Assembly (NCBI GenBank): GCA_965233865.1
Contig: OZ247587.1
Location: forward strand, 864,001 to 928,000
Reading direction: 5' to 3'
DNA: 64,000 bases
DNA from: Candidatus Neptunichlamydia sp.
GTDB lineage: Bacteria > Chlamydiota > Chlamydiia > Chlamydiales > Simkaniaceae
Both the position numbers and the translations under genes were made by a program. Under the pieces are notes generated by a model that worked only from the letters and a program-made list of their open reading frames with translations, was not told where the DNA came from and did not search any database. Positions 17,822 to 28,064 of this stretch are shown here, piece after piece; positions within the stretch are counted from its first letter, which is position 1, and every line of letters starts with the position of its first letter.

Positions 17822-20800
17822 ATGAAAAGACCCGATAAACAAGACAAGCTGTCTAAAGAAAAGGCAGTGCAATTTGAAAGCGAGCAGTTCGAAGAGTACT
17901 ACGTTTGGCTTCAAGAACATATGCCTAATGGTTTTTTCGAAGAGATTGAGCCTGACCAATATATGCTAATTGCCCACTATCTAATGGGGTTTCCTCTTTT
18001 AGACTATTATTGTCAGATCACCTTGAAGAATGAAGCCTTTGTTTTGATGCTTGACTCTCCCGATGTCGACATGAAAATCCTCAAAAATTTCAACCTACAT
18101 GGGATCAAAAATTATCACACCTTTATTTCTGATAAGCCTCCCCCTTTTCCTGGGATTAAAAAGCGCCTACTCATTGCCCGGGTGTTTTTTACCTCTTATG
18201 AAGATCGAAAAACAAAAAAAGTCTCAGATCTATTAAGCAAAGAGCGACGTATTGAAGTCTATACCTCTTTAAATGAGATTGATGCCAGTATCTCAAAGGA
18301 AGAATATGAGGAACTTATCAGCTCAATCGACCCTCTTTTTCTGCGCTCTTTATCAGATGACCGGCTTGTTTTGGCGCTTCATATGTTTCATAGAGCACGT
18401 ACGCGTGACTACTGCCAATATGAAGTCCGCTACAATGAAGAATGGAAAAAACAAAAAGGAGAAGTCCCTTCAATGCAGATTGTGATTGCGTGGAGAAACA
18501 CCCCCAAGCATCGATTTCTGTACCGGCTTGCTAAAACGATTTTTCGACACAAATTAAAAATCATGCGGGTAACGGCTTCATATGCTGACCCGTATAGCGA
18601 TAACAGTATCCTAGTTATGTCATTAGGACTCCATGGAATTAAGGGAAAAGCAGCATGGGACGAAGCAGACGTCGACGATTTTCTGAAAGAACTGGTCACT
18701 CTAAAGTACTTTCCGGACGGGGACGAAATCGAAAAAGTGTTCGTACAGCCCGGTCTTCTGAGGGGAAACATCGGGAATCTTTTAAGAGCCACGGCCAGCT
18801 TTGTACATCAAACACTCGTTCACGCAGACCTCAATCTCTACACGCTGAGCAATGTCATGGAAGCTCTGTGTCGACATCCAGAGCTGACCGTTCAGATTTG
18901 TAAAGCATTTGAACAAAAATTCCACCCCGAGCAAACGAATCAAGATGAGTATCGCCGCTCTAGAGAGAGGTTTATGATGCTCGTCAACCATCTAGACACA
19001 GGAAATGAACTCTATGATACTAGACGAAAAAATATCCTAAAACAAGCAATGCATTTCGTCGACTATTGTCTTAAGCATAATTTCTATCGAAATAACAAGA
19101 GTGCTCTTTGTTTTCGCTTAGATCCAAAATACCTTAACTACGTTCCTTATAACCGACGGGAAAAGTTCCCAGAAGTTCCCTATGGAATTTTCTTTATGCA
19201 AGGGATGCATTTTATTGGATTTCATATTCGATTTAAGAATCTTTCAAGGGGAGGACTACGCACGGTATTCCCTCAACGATACGAGCAAATGGTCACTGAA
19301 AGAAATAACGTCTTTTTAGAGTGTTACAACCTTGCCCTCACACAACAGAAAAAAAATAAGGACATTCCCGAAGGAGGTTCTAAAGGAGTTATTTTTCTTG
19401 AGCCTTATGACCAACTCCTTACCGAAGTGCAAATCTATCGAAAAGAATTGAAGGTTGCAGGACTTGAAGAAGGAGAGATTGAGGAAACAATCAAAGTCTA
19501 CAAAGCAAAGCAAAAAATCGAATATCTCTACCAAACGCAACGGGCCTTTGTTCATAGCTTTTTAACCATAGTGAATTGCCTTGAAAATGGAACGTTAAAA
19601 GCTAAACACATCGTCGACTACTGGAAAAAACCTGAGTATATTTATCTTGGTCCAGATGAGAATATGCATAATGTCATGATCGAGTGGATCGCCAGCACTA
19701 GCAAACGGTGTGGCTACAAGCCGGGAATTGCGTTCATCTCTAGCAAACCAAGTGTAGGAATCAATCATAAAGAATATGGTGTCACCTCTCTTGGGATCAA
19801 TGTCTACATGCAAGAAGTTCTTCGGTACATGGAAATCGATCCCAAAAGAGATCCTTTCACCATTAAAATCTCAGGCGGCCCTGATGGAGATGTTGCAGGG
19901 AACCAGATTATCAATCTCTATAAGCATTTTCCAAGCACAGCCAAACTTCTTGCGATTACCGATGTTTCAGGAACTATCTTTGATCCCAAAGGACTCGACC
20001 TATCGATCCTTGCTGATCTGTTTAAAGAAGTCAAACCGATTGCTGCATACTCTCCCAAAAAACTCAATGATGGGGGTTTCTTACTCGATCTCCAAACAAA
20101 AAAAGAACAAACTGCCTTTGCACAAAAGACTCTCTGCTGGAAAAAAGAGCGCGGTAAGCTCGTTGAAAGTTGGCTTTCAGGAAGTGATATGAACCACCTC
20201 TTCCGCCACAACTTGCATCAAGTCAAAACCGATATTTTCATCCCCGCAGGAGGACGTCCCAGAACCCTTAACGAAAACAACTACCAAGACTTTCTCGTAA
20301 AAGGCAAACCTTCTTCAAGAGCCATCGTTGAAGGAGCCAACCTTTATCTCACCCCAAATGCGCGTCGAAAGCTCGAAAAATTGGGTGTCATTATTATCAA
20401 AGACAGCTCAGCAAACAAAGGAGGTGTCATCTGCTCTTCGATGGAGATCCTAGCAGGGCTCACAACAACAGAAGAAGAATTCTTTCTAGAAAAAAATGAA
20501 CTCATGCCACAAATATTGGGGATTATCGAAGAAAAAGCCCGCGACGAAGCAGAACTTCTTCTCAAATCTCGAGATGAAACAGGAGATTTCCTTACCAATC
20601 TCTCTGATAAAGTTTCAGAGAGGATCAACACCTATACCTATGAACTTCTTGATTATCTAGAGAGACTTCCACTCGCCTCCTATTCTGATGATCCGCTCGT
20701 CAAAGCGCTCCTAACTTTTTGCCCTGCCCTCCTTGCAGATAAGTACCGTGAACGGATCATTCAAAACATTCCAGAGATCCACAAAAAAGCGATTATCGCC

Positions 20801-20941
20801 TGCTTTTTTGCTTCCCGCCTCGTTTATAAGAAAGGACTCAGGTGGTCTCCCTCAATCGTTGATGTGCTCCCCTTAATCGCATCAGATCCCAAAATCACCT
20901 CACCCTCCTTGCAGAACCATAACTTCCAGATTCTTGACTAA
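17822..20941 (+). CDS. gdhB: Large NAD-specific glutamate dehydrogenase
   Basis: SRGGLR, QQKKNKDIPEGGSKG, LGPDEN, HKEYGVTS, GGPDGDVAGN, EGANL, DSSANKGGVICSS. Confidence 0.93.
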   Translation: MKRPDKQDKLSKEKAVQFESEQFEEYYVWLQEHMPNGFFEEIEPDQYMLIAHYLMGFPLLDYYCQITLKNEAFVLMLDSPDVDMKILKNFNLHGIKNYHTFISDKPPPFPGIKKRLLIARVFFTSYEDRKTKKVSDLLSKERRIEVYTSLNEIDASISKEEYEELISSIDPLFLRSLSDDRLVLALHMFHRARTRDYCQYEVRYNEEWKKQKGEVPSMQIVIAWRNTPKHRFLYRLAKTIFRHKLKIMRVTASYADPYSDNSILVMSLGLHGIKGKAAWDEADVDDFLKELVTLKYFPDGDEIEKVFVQPGLLRGNIGNLLRATASFVHQTLVHADLNLYTLSNVMEALCRHPELTVQICKAFEQKFHPEQTNQDEYRRSRERFMMLVNHLDTGNELYDTRRKNILKQAMHFVDYCLKHNFYRNNKSALCFRLDPKYLNYVPYNRREKFPEVPYGIFFMQGMHFIGFHIRFKNLSRGGLRTVFPQRYEQMVTERNNVFLECYNLALTQQKKNKDIPEGGSKGVIFLEPYDQLLTEVQIYRKELKVAGLEEGEIEETIKVYKAKQKIEYLYQTQRAFVHSFLTIVNCLENGTLKAKHIVDYWKKPEYIYLGPDENMHNVMIEWIASTSKRCGYKPGIAFISSKPSVGINHKEYGVTSLGINVYMQEVLRYMEIDPKRDPFTIKISGGPDGDVAGNQIINLYKHFPSTAKLLAITDVSGTIFDPKGLDLSILADLFKEVKPIAAYSPKKLNDGGFLLDLQTKKEQTAFAQKTLCWKKERGKLVESWLSGSDMNHLFRHNLHQVKTDIFIPAGGRPRTLNENNYQDFLVKGKPSSRAIVEGANLYLTPNARRKLEKLGVIIIKDSSANKGGVICSSMEILAGLTTTEEEFFLEKNELMPQILGIIEEKARDEAELLLKSRDETGDFLTNLSDKVSERINTYTYELLDYLERLPLASYSDDPLVKALLTFCPALLADKYRERIIQNIPEIHKKAIIACFFASRLVYKKGLRWSPSIVDVLPLIASDPKITSPSLQNHNFQILD

Positions 20942-21197
20942 TGCCCCACTTTGAACATAGGAGCATAATTCGGTTTATCCGCTCCAATGTCAGGGACTGG
21001 TTATCCATCCGTTTTCATTGCTTATTTTTTTAAGCGCCGTGTTTCCCTTCTAGATTAATTGATATGCATAAATATTTTTTAATAATAAAAAAGCTATTAC
21101 ACAATAAATATAAAACTTTAACAAAAAAAATCATTTTAGTTTTAATTAAAAATGCCGTGAGATATTATCTTTTATAAAACTATAATCAAGGATAAGC

Positions 21198-22070
21198 ATG
21201 ACGCATTCAATACAGCCTAAATTCGTTAACCCATTAGAAATATTACCTGAAGCACGTTCTCTCCTCACCCATAATACAAATCCATCGGATGTAAAAGCTC
21301 AGAAAATTATGACGCAAATGTTCCAGTCAGATGATCTATTCTGTACACCTCCTGGAACACCTCCTTTACTTCTTACTGGATCGTGTGTTCCTATTCCCCC
21401 AACACCAACAAAAACCTCTCCAATGTCAAAAGATTATGAGCCATTTAATAACCCTGTTCAATTATTGGAGTGTCCCCCTAATAGGTTAGCCATCAATTTA
21501 CATCAAAATATCCTCCAAAATATTAGATTAAATGGTTTTTACAACACATCTAATGGAGAAAAAATCTGCATTCAACAGCCACCTCAAGGGCAATCATGTG
21601 GGGTTGGCGTAATTTTGATGCTAATGCATGATTTTAAAATACAGGTAAATGACTTAAATAGCTTTACAGAGTGGTGTATCTCTTCTCGATTATTGAATCC
21701 GCCAGATATGATTCGAGCAGTTCACAATATGACAAATGTCCAGTCAATGGGACTAGAGTTTAAAACAAGCACGTTAAGCGATTATAGTTTGCGTCCTAAC
21801 CGTTCCAAAGATATTTTATCTTCTAAGTTTGAAGCAATTTTGAAAATCTTAGGAAGCCTCCAAAGCGAATCAAAATCCTCCATTATTATTGATATTACGC
21901 ATGAAACGCTACATGGACACTGGATTATAATAGACGGAATTCAGGAAAAAAGTGTTTTTATCCGCGACCCATTTAAGGGTAAAGCTTATGAACTCTCTGA
22001 TGAAGATTTGTTTAAGAATCTTTTAGACTCTGATCTTAAATTGATTTACGTGGGTAAAGCTTCTAGTTGA
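21198..22070 (+). CDS. Hypothetical protein with papain-like/C39-type cysteine peptidase domain
   Basis: QQ...QSCGVGVILML, GHWIIIDGI, IRDPFKG. Pro/Thr-rich N-terminus. AAGGA RBS. Confidence 0.7.
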   Translation: MTHSIQPKFVNPLEILPEARSLLTHNTNPSDVKAQKIMTQMFQSDDLFCTPPGTPPLLLTGSCVPIPPTPTKTSPMSKDYEPFNNPVQLLECPPNRLAINLHQNILQNIRLNGFYNTSNGEKICIQQPPQGQSCGVGVILMLMHDFKIQVNDLNSFTEWCISSRLLNPPDMIRAVHNMTNVQSMGLEFKTSTLSDYSLRPNRSKDILSSKFEAILKILGSLQSESKSSIIIDITHETLHGHWIIIDGIQEKSVFIRDPFKGKAYELSDEDLFKNLLDSDLKLIYVGKASS

Positions 22071-22390
22071 ATAATAGATCCTTCTGTAAGTGAAAAAGCT
22101 TCAGAAGAAATTATGCATTTTTCAATAGCTTGACGTGTTTCAGGATCTCTTGCATATCCAATTATTTTAAAGTGAACAGCAGGCTGAAAATGTTGCTCTG
22201 GCCAGGAAATGTTAAATTGCTCTTTTTCAATTCCAGAAAAAGAGCGCCACTCTTGCCACAAAGGATCAGTGTGATTGGGAGTAAACAAACAAGCATAATA
22301 GCCGGAAATAGGAGAAGAGTTTATAGACGTCACCCTCCGCTGTAAAAATGAAAACGAATGATCAAAGTTAGAAGAGACTGCCAAGTTCAT
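22046..22390 (-). CDS. Hypothetical protein
   Basis: 114-aa ATG ORF convergent on the peptidase gene. No recognisable motif. Confidence 0.4.
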   Translation of the reverse strand: MNLAVSSNFDHSFSFLQRRVTSINSSPISGYYACLFTPNHTDPLWQEWRSFSGIEKEQFNISWPEQHFQPAVHFKIIGYARDPETRQAIEKCIISSEAFSLTEGSIIQLEALPT

Positions 22391-22570
22391 ACTGACAAAT
22401 TACAATATTAACTTGTTACTGTCAATAGGCTTTTCTTCAAATAATAACTTTTTTAGAGAGACAAGACTAATCTTCATAGAGGAAACTTCAGAAGTTCTGG
22501 CATGAAAAATGCGTATTTAACCTGAGTTTTGAAAAATTTTACCTAACATTTTTAGGTCTGGATGTCCTGC

Positions 22571-22603
22571 AAAAAAAAGGCCCGCCTTTTGGGCGAGCCT
22601 TTT
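22571..22603 (-). terminator. Rho-independent terminator of dnaK
   Basis: On the minus strand, AAAAGGCTCGCCC-AAAA-GGCGGGCC hairpin followed by T8. Confidence 0.88.
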
Positions 22604-22621
22604 AAGGACAAATCCTAAGCT

Positions 22622-24559
22622 TTAGTTATCGTCGTCATCAAGGATTTCGACCTCAGCTTCTTCTATCTCAGGTTCCTTGTCTTTCGAGGCTTCTTGTTGT
22701 TGCGATCCTTTTGGAGGAGGAGGGGCTCCACCTTCCGCTCCAGGTTGGGCAGCTCCTTGCTTTTGAAGTTCTTCACCAATCTTTTGGATATAGGCGTTGA
22801 GTTCTTCAGTTGCAGTGGAAATGACTCCTGTGTCAGTCTCCTCAAGGGCTTTTTTCAAAGCATCGATCCGCGTTTGAATCTCTTTTGTGAGATGCTCCGG
22901 AAGCTTATCTTTGTAATCGGTGAGAGATTTCTCAGCTTGGAAGACGAGGCTATCCCCTTTGTTGCGGGTCTCAACTTCATCTTTTTTCTGCTTATCTTCT
23001 TCAGCGTGTTCTTCCGCATCTTTGACCATACGCTCGATTTCAGACTCATCGAGCCCTGATTTCGCTTCGATCTTGATCTTTTGTTCTTTACCAGAGCCAA
23101 GATCTTTCGCAGAGACATGAAGAATCCCGTCAGCATCGATATCAAAGGCGACTTCAATTTGTGGGGTTCCGCGTGCGGCAGGAGGAACTTCTGTCAAATC
23201 AAACCGACCGACTTCTTTGTTATCTTTTGCCATCTTTCGTTCTCCCTGAAGAACTACAATCGTCACGGCAGGCTGATTATCCATTGCTGTCGAGAAGATT
23301 TGTTTCTTTTGAGTCGGAATCGTGGTGTTTCTTTCAACAAGGGGAGTCAGCACTCCTCCAAGCGTTTCAATTCCAAGAGTCAGAGGGATTACATCAAGAA
23401 GAAGAACATCCTTCACATCACCAGCAAGGACTCCTCCTTGAATCGCTGCACCCGTTGCAACAACTTCATCAGGATTAACCCCTTTATGAGGCTCTCTCCC
23501 GAAGATTTCTTTAACCTTTGTTTGCACCGCAGGCATCCTGCTCATTCCACCTACTAGAAGGACATCGTCAATCTCTTCTTTAGCAAGACCAGAGTCTTTT
23601 AAGGCATCGAGGCACGGTTGAATACATCTTTCAACTAAACTTGATGCAAGGTTTTCAAATTTAGAGCGGGAGAGTGTTAGCGCTAAATGCTTAGGCCCGC
23701 TTGCATCCATAGTAATGAAGGGTTGGTTAATCTCAGTCTGCTGCGTTCCAGAAAGTTCAATCTTAGCTTTTTCCGCTGCATCTTTAATCCTTTGAAGTGC
23801 CATCTTATCTTTAGAAAGATCGATACTATTTTCCTTCTTAAATTCCTCGAGCATCCAGTTAATGACAATATTGTCAAAGTCATCTCCACCAAGGTGAGTA
23901 TCTCCATTAGTAGCAAGTACTTCAAAAACGCCATCTCCAATTTCAAGGATCGAGATGTCAAAGGTTCCTCCACCAAGGTCAAAGACAGCAATTTTCTTAT
24001 CGCCACCTTCTTTATCTAGACCGTAGGCAAGAGCTGCCGCTGTTGGCTCAGGAATAATCCTTTTGACATCAAGTCCTGCAATTTTTCCAGCATCTTTTGT
24101 TGACTGACGTTGCGAGTCATTAAAGTAAGCAGGAACGGTAATCACTGCTTCATCAACGGTTTCTCCAAGGTATTCTTCGGCCGTTTCCTTCATTTTTTTA
24201 AGGACCTGAGCACCCACTTCTTCGGGTGTAAGTTTTTTTCCATCCACCTCAAAGACGGCATCACCATTGCTGTTGGCAACTACTCTGTAAGGGACGGTTT
24301 TGATTTCAGATTCAACCTCTGAGAACTTTCGTCCAATAAACCGCTTGGTAGAGTAAAGGGTTTTTTCCGGGTTGGTGACTGCTTGTCTCTTTGCTGGAAC
24401 TCCGACCAGCCTCTCTTCATCCTTATAAGAGACGATAGATGGTGTTGTTCGTGTTCCTTCAGCGTTAGCAATGACCTTTGCTGACCCCCCCTCCATCACA
24501 GCGACGCAGGAGTTTGTAGTTCCGAGGTCAATTCCAATAATCTTCCTTTTCTTAGCCAT
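22622..24559 (-). CDS. dnaK: Chaperone DnaK
   Basis: [32 protein letters not shown]. Confidence 0.99.
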   Translation of the reverse strand: MAKKRKIIGIDLGTTNSCVAVMEGGSAKVIANAEGTRTTPSIVSYKDEERLVGVPAKRQAVTNPEKTLYSTKRFIGRKFSEVESEIKTVPYRVVANSNGDAVFEVDGKKLTPEEVGAQVLKKMKETAEEYLGETVDEAVITVPAYFNDSQRQSTKDAGKIAGLDVKRIIPEPTAAALAYGLDKEGGDKKIAVFDLGGGTFDISILEIGDGVFEVLATNGDTHLGGDDFDNIVINWMLEEFKKENSIDLSKDKMALQRIKDAAEKAKIELSGTQQTEINQPFITMDASGPKHLALTLSRSKFENLASSLVERCIQPCLDALKDSGLAKEEIDDVLLVGGMSRMPAVQTKVKEIFGREPHKGVNPDEVVATGAAIQGGVLAGDVKDVLLLDVIPLTLGIETLGGVLTPLVERNTTIPTQKKQIFSTAMDNQPAVTIVVLQGERKMAKDNKEVGRFDLTEVPPAARGTPQIEVAFDIDADGILHVSAKDLGSGKEQKIKIEAKSGLDESEIERMVKDAEEHAEEDKQKKDEVETRNKGDSLVFQAEKSLTDYKDKLPEHLTKEIQTRIDALKKALEETDTGVISTATEELNAYIQKIGEELQKQGAAQPGAEGGAPPPPKGSQQQEASKDKEPEIEEAEVEILDDDDN

Positions 24560-24562
24560 AGT

Positions 24563-25162
24563 TTAGTTATCTCCCTGATTGTTTTCTTCTTCTGATTCTT
24601 CTTCAATGTTCTCTTTCTTAGGCGCTTTAGCAACTTTGACCCGTGCTGGACGGAGAATACGATCACCACATTTATACCCCTTAACGAATTCTTGAAGGAT
24701 CAGTCCATCTTCATGTTTATCGCTTTCTTCGAGCTCCAGTACTTCGTGGAGGTGAGGATCAAATGTTGCTCCTTCTGAAGGATAAGGGGTTACTTTATGA
24801 CCCGACAATATATCTTTAAACTGGGTAAGGATCATTTCAAATCCCTTCGCCCATGTTTGCGTTTCTTCGGAAGCTTGATGAACAAAGCTTAAAGCATTCT
24901 CAAAATTATCTAGAGGGGAAAGGAATTCCCCAATGACATTTTCTACTGCAAAGCGGGTGGAGTCATGCCTCTCCTTTTGCATGCGCTTCCTTGAGTTTTC
25001 CATGTCTGCAAGAGAGCGGAGATATTTTCCCTGCTCTTCTTTAATTTGTTGCTTCAATCCTTCCGTTTCATCAAGTTCTTCGGTGACTTCTCCGGTTTCT
25101 TCAATCCTGTCTTCTAGATCTTGCGACTCTTCTTGAGGCTTTTCTTGCGATTTATCTTCCAA
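24563..25162 (-). CDS. grpE: Nucleotide exchange factor GrpE
   Basis: YLRSLADMENSRKR, FDPHLHE, GY...RILRPARVKV. TTG start with AGGAG. Confidence 0.97.
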   Translation of the reverse strand: MEDKSQEKPQEESQDLEDRIEETGEVTEELDETEGLKQQIKEEQGKYLRSLADMENSRKRMQKERHDSTRFAVENVIGEFLSPLDNFENALSFVHQASEETQTWAKGFEMILTQFKDILSGHKVTPYPSEGATFDPHLHEVLELEESDKHEDGLILQEFVKGYKCGDRILRPARVKVAKAPKKENIEEESEEENNQGDN

Positions 25163-25173
25163 CGTTTGGGCTC

Positions 25174-26316
25174 CTAGGTTTTATCTTCAAGTTGTAGCGG
25201 GTCATCCTGCTCGATCAATTTTAGAGGCGCGGTTTGCATCTCAACTTGTTCAGATTTTGGTTGTCGGTAGGTGATTTTATACTTATAGAGATTACGTGTC
25301 AGCATTTCGCTCAAAATTTGAGAAAAAGTGCGGAGAATTCCAAATAATTTTGGATAAGGCATGCGGATAGGGCCAAGAAGGGCAATGGCTCCAACCGCTT
25401 TCCCATGGATATAATAGGGAATAGCGATGATACTGCTTTGGGCAATGGATGCAGAAGGATGATGGATATCATCTCCGATCCACACTTTCAGGTCGCGCTC
25501 TCTTGTGCACCGTCCCAAGAGTTTACGCATAAAAGAGGTATTTTCAAAGATCGATAATCCTGTTGCTAGAACAGTAGCATCCTGAAATTCAGAGAAACGG
25601 ATAAGCTTAGAAAATCCCGTTTTGTAAATATCAATGGCGCTAAAATTCGAATAGCCAACGATATGACGCATCATGATTTCGTTATAAAAATTGGAGGCGA
25701 GCTCCTCTTCTTCCTGACTTATCTTGGGGCGGTCGAGTTCTGTGAGGCGGAAGCGAAAATAACTTTCAATTCTTTTTAGAGAAAAATTGCTGAGTTTCTT
25801 TGGAGTATAAAGGATTTCGGTATGAACGAGTCCAAAGTCAGTGATGACCACAATGAGGCACCGTTTTGCATCAATTCCAACAATCTTGATGTCGATAATG
25901 ATGTCTTGATCAAATCGCGGCGCTGATAAAAACACGGCCCCTTGCGTAAGATTGCTAAGAAGCTCCGCTCCATTCTGCAGGTAGCCGGCAATTTCCCGCG
26001 TATCTTGATTTAACTCCTTCTGCAAAAGAGCCAATTCCTTGGGATCGATTCGGTGGCTATTGATATGGAAGTTTGCATAGAGCTTGTAGGCCAAAGTAGT
26101 TGGGATACGACCGCCTGACGCGTGCTGCTGCATCAGATAACCCTCCTTCTCGAGACTGGCAAAGTAGTTTCGAATCGTGGCTGAGCTGATATTTTCGAAG
26201 TCATTTTCCTTAAGGGTATTCGAACCCACAGGTTTTCCCGTTAAAAGGTAGAGCTCGACGAGACCTAGTAGGACTTCTCTTTCTCTCTCAGCTCTTTGCT
26301 TTCGTTTTACTGCCAT
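25174..26316 (-). CDS. hrcA: Heat-inducible transcription repressor HrcA
   Basis: PVGS, SSATIRN, HASGGRIPT, GPIRMPY. Lies upstream of grpE-dnaK. Confidence 0.97.
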   Translation of the reverse strand: MAVKRKQRAEREREVLLGLVELYLLTGKPVGSNTLKENDFENISSATIRNYFASLEKEGYLMQQHASGGRIPTTLAYKLYANFHINSHRIDPKELALLQKELNQDTREIAGYLQNGAELLSNLTQGAVFLSAPRFDQDIIIDIKIVGIDAKRCLIVVITDFGLVHTEILYTPKKLSNFSLKRIESYFRFRLTELDRPKISQEEEELASNFYNEIMMRHIVGYSNFSAIDIYKTGFSKLIRFSEFQDATVLATGLSIFENTSFMRKLLGRCTRERDLKVWIGDDIHHPSASIAQSSIIAIPYYIHGKAVGAIALLGPIRMPYPKLFGILRTFSQILSEMLTRNLYKYKITYRQPKSEQVEMQTAPLKLIEQDDPLQLEDKT

Positions 26317-26319
26317 GCA

Positions 26320-26346
26320 GTAGCAATCTCCTCATCTTACTGCCAA
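26320..26346. promoter_or_regulatory. Proximal CIRCE-like operator
   Basis: GTAGCAATC-N9-TACTGCCAA versus consensus TTAGCACTC-N9-GAGTGCTAA. Lies between the -10 and the hrcA start. Confidence 0.7.
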
Positions 26347-26373
26347 TATAGCATAAGGGGGGCCAGCTGGCAA
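26345..26373 (-). promoter_or_regulatory. Sigma66/70-type promoter of hrcA-grpE-dnaK
   Basis: TTGCCA-N17-TATATT with extended TG on the minus strand. Confidence 0.7.
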
Positions 26374-26380
26374 TCAAAAA

Positions 26381-26407
26381 CTAGCACTCATCTAGATCAA
26401 GTGCTTA
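26381..26407. promoter_or_regulatory. Distal CIRCE operator
   Basis: CTAGCACTC-N9-AAGTGCTTA. Confidence 0.85.
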
Positions 26408-26690
26408 AAATATATATTAACCGACTTATAAACAGTTGATTGCATGTTTATTTCAATAGAGCGACTGAGAGTCTTCTAAAGGTGCTTTCCTTTTTTTAGA
26501 ATGACTCTTCTTGAGCATTACTCCACCCATCGGAGATATTCCCCTAAATAATGGCTCACCATTCTTCTTGGAGAAGTGGTCAAAAAATTTACCTGGGATG
26601 CCCTGAATGGAAAACACCATGAGTTCTTGCAAAACTATAACTGACTCAGACAATCTATCATGCCTGGATGGATAACAATCAAGAAGTCAG

Positions 26691-27506
26691 TTACTTTGCT
26701 GTTTGCAATGGGGCAGAGTAAAAATTCCAAGATTGTTTAACAAAATTATTAATTTCATTCGATCTTGTGTTTAACCTTACCAAAGACACTCCTTCTAGTT
26801 TTTTTAAATCATATCTATAACGCATAGAAACGGGAAGTTTTGTTTGTTTACCATAAGCATTTGGGGCTGTTGCAAAACTAGCATCAATTTTCCCAGTGAT
26901 CGTTCCCTTTTTTGTGTTTAATTTTAGGGACAATCCACTTGATCCTGTAAAATGAAGCTCCTTTTTAGAGTTTGCTTTGGGGTTCAAAATAGGTTTAATT
27001 TTTGACAAATTACAATAAGCAGTCGAGTTCCCACTAGTTTGAGTAATACCATCTAATATTTGCAATGTTTTTACTGGGCCAAAGCGTTCCCTTAAATCTT
27101 CGGTTAGGGGAATTAAAACCTTTTTCTGAAATTCTACTTCTCCCAGTCTAGATACATTTGTACCATCTATGACAAGCTTACATCTTTTATAATCTCCGAT
27201 AAGTCTTTTTTGAATCGAATTAATCTGCTCATTAAAATCTATTTCAAAATTTTGAAGTTTTTCTACTCTCTGATTTTTTGTCATATTATCAGCTAATAAA
27301 GAAACCCATAAAGAAGCTGTTAAAGTAACAACCGCAAGAGCTATTTTCCCAATAATCTGAAATACAGAATCATTTTTATTAACAAAGGTGAAATCCTGGT
27401 ATTCACGAGTCGCATTTAATTTTGACTGTAACTCCGTGGACTTAGCATTCCCCAGTTCATTGTTTAAATATTCTTTTCCATGATACGTACTTAATGTAAT
27501 TGACAC
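26691..27506 (-). CDS. Hypothetical AT-rich orphan protein
   Basis: 271-aa ORF, GTG start with GAGG RBS, one hydrophobic segment, very AT-rich upstream region. Confidence 0.7.
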   Translation of the reverse strand: MSITLSTYHGKEYLNNELGNAKSTELQSKLNATREYQDFTFVNKNDSVFQIIGKIALAVVTLTASLWVSLLADNMTKNQRVEKLQNFEIDFNEQINSIQKRLIGDYKRCKLVIDGTNVSRLGEVEFQKKVLIPLTEDLRERFGPVKTLQILDGITQTSGNSTAYCNLSKIKPILNPKANSKKELHFTGSSGLSLKLNTKKGTITGKIDASFATAPNAYGKQTKLPVSMRYRYDLKKLEGVSLVRLNTRSNEINNFVKQSWNFYSAPLQTAK

Positions 27507-28064
27507 AATTAAACCTCATTTATTGATACAATCATAATATATTATGTAATTAAAAGTATATAATATATTAACTAAATGCATTTATAGTTAATAATAAACA
27601 GTTTAAGTACTTTTAAAAATAATTTAGTTTTGAGAGTATTCACTTAAAAGAGGGTGCGCTCATAGACAAACCTAAAATTTTTTCGAGTATTAAGGAAATG
27701 GAATAAGAGCCGCTAAAGTTGTTGGAAGAAAGCGCAGAAACTCGTTGCCCTTGAATCTCGCCAAAGCAGGGAGCTTCAATACTCCCCCAAAAGTCTCTAA
27801 ACCTCATGGCTTATCAAAAACAGGCATGTTGCCTCAGTAGAAACCCCACCTTTGAAGTAGCTCAGGTATCCCCTGCAACCCCAAGAAAAACACAGAATTT
27901 AGATGTTGTGCAGCTCAGTTCCCCATTCATTCAACGTAGTCAACACTACCCTTATAGGCCTTTTAGCTACCAAGGAGAGTTTAGTTCAATGTTTCAACCT
28001 CATGCTTTGATTTTTTAGGTAGAAAGGGAATCTTAGATAGTGCCGTCCAACCACCTTAGATTTA

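Noticed and set aside
22663..24471. Several antisense and alternate-frame ORFs over dnaK, with similar ones over ftsK, gdhB and the 1672-aa gene
   Set aside because: Shadow ORFs of strongly conserved genes, with no independent motifs.
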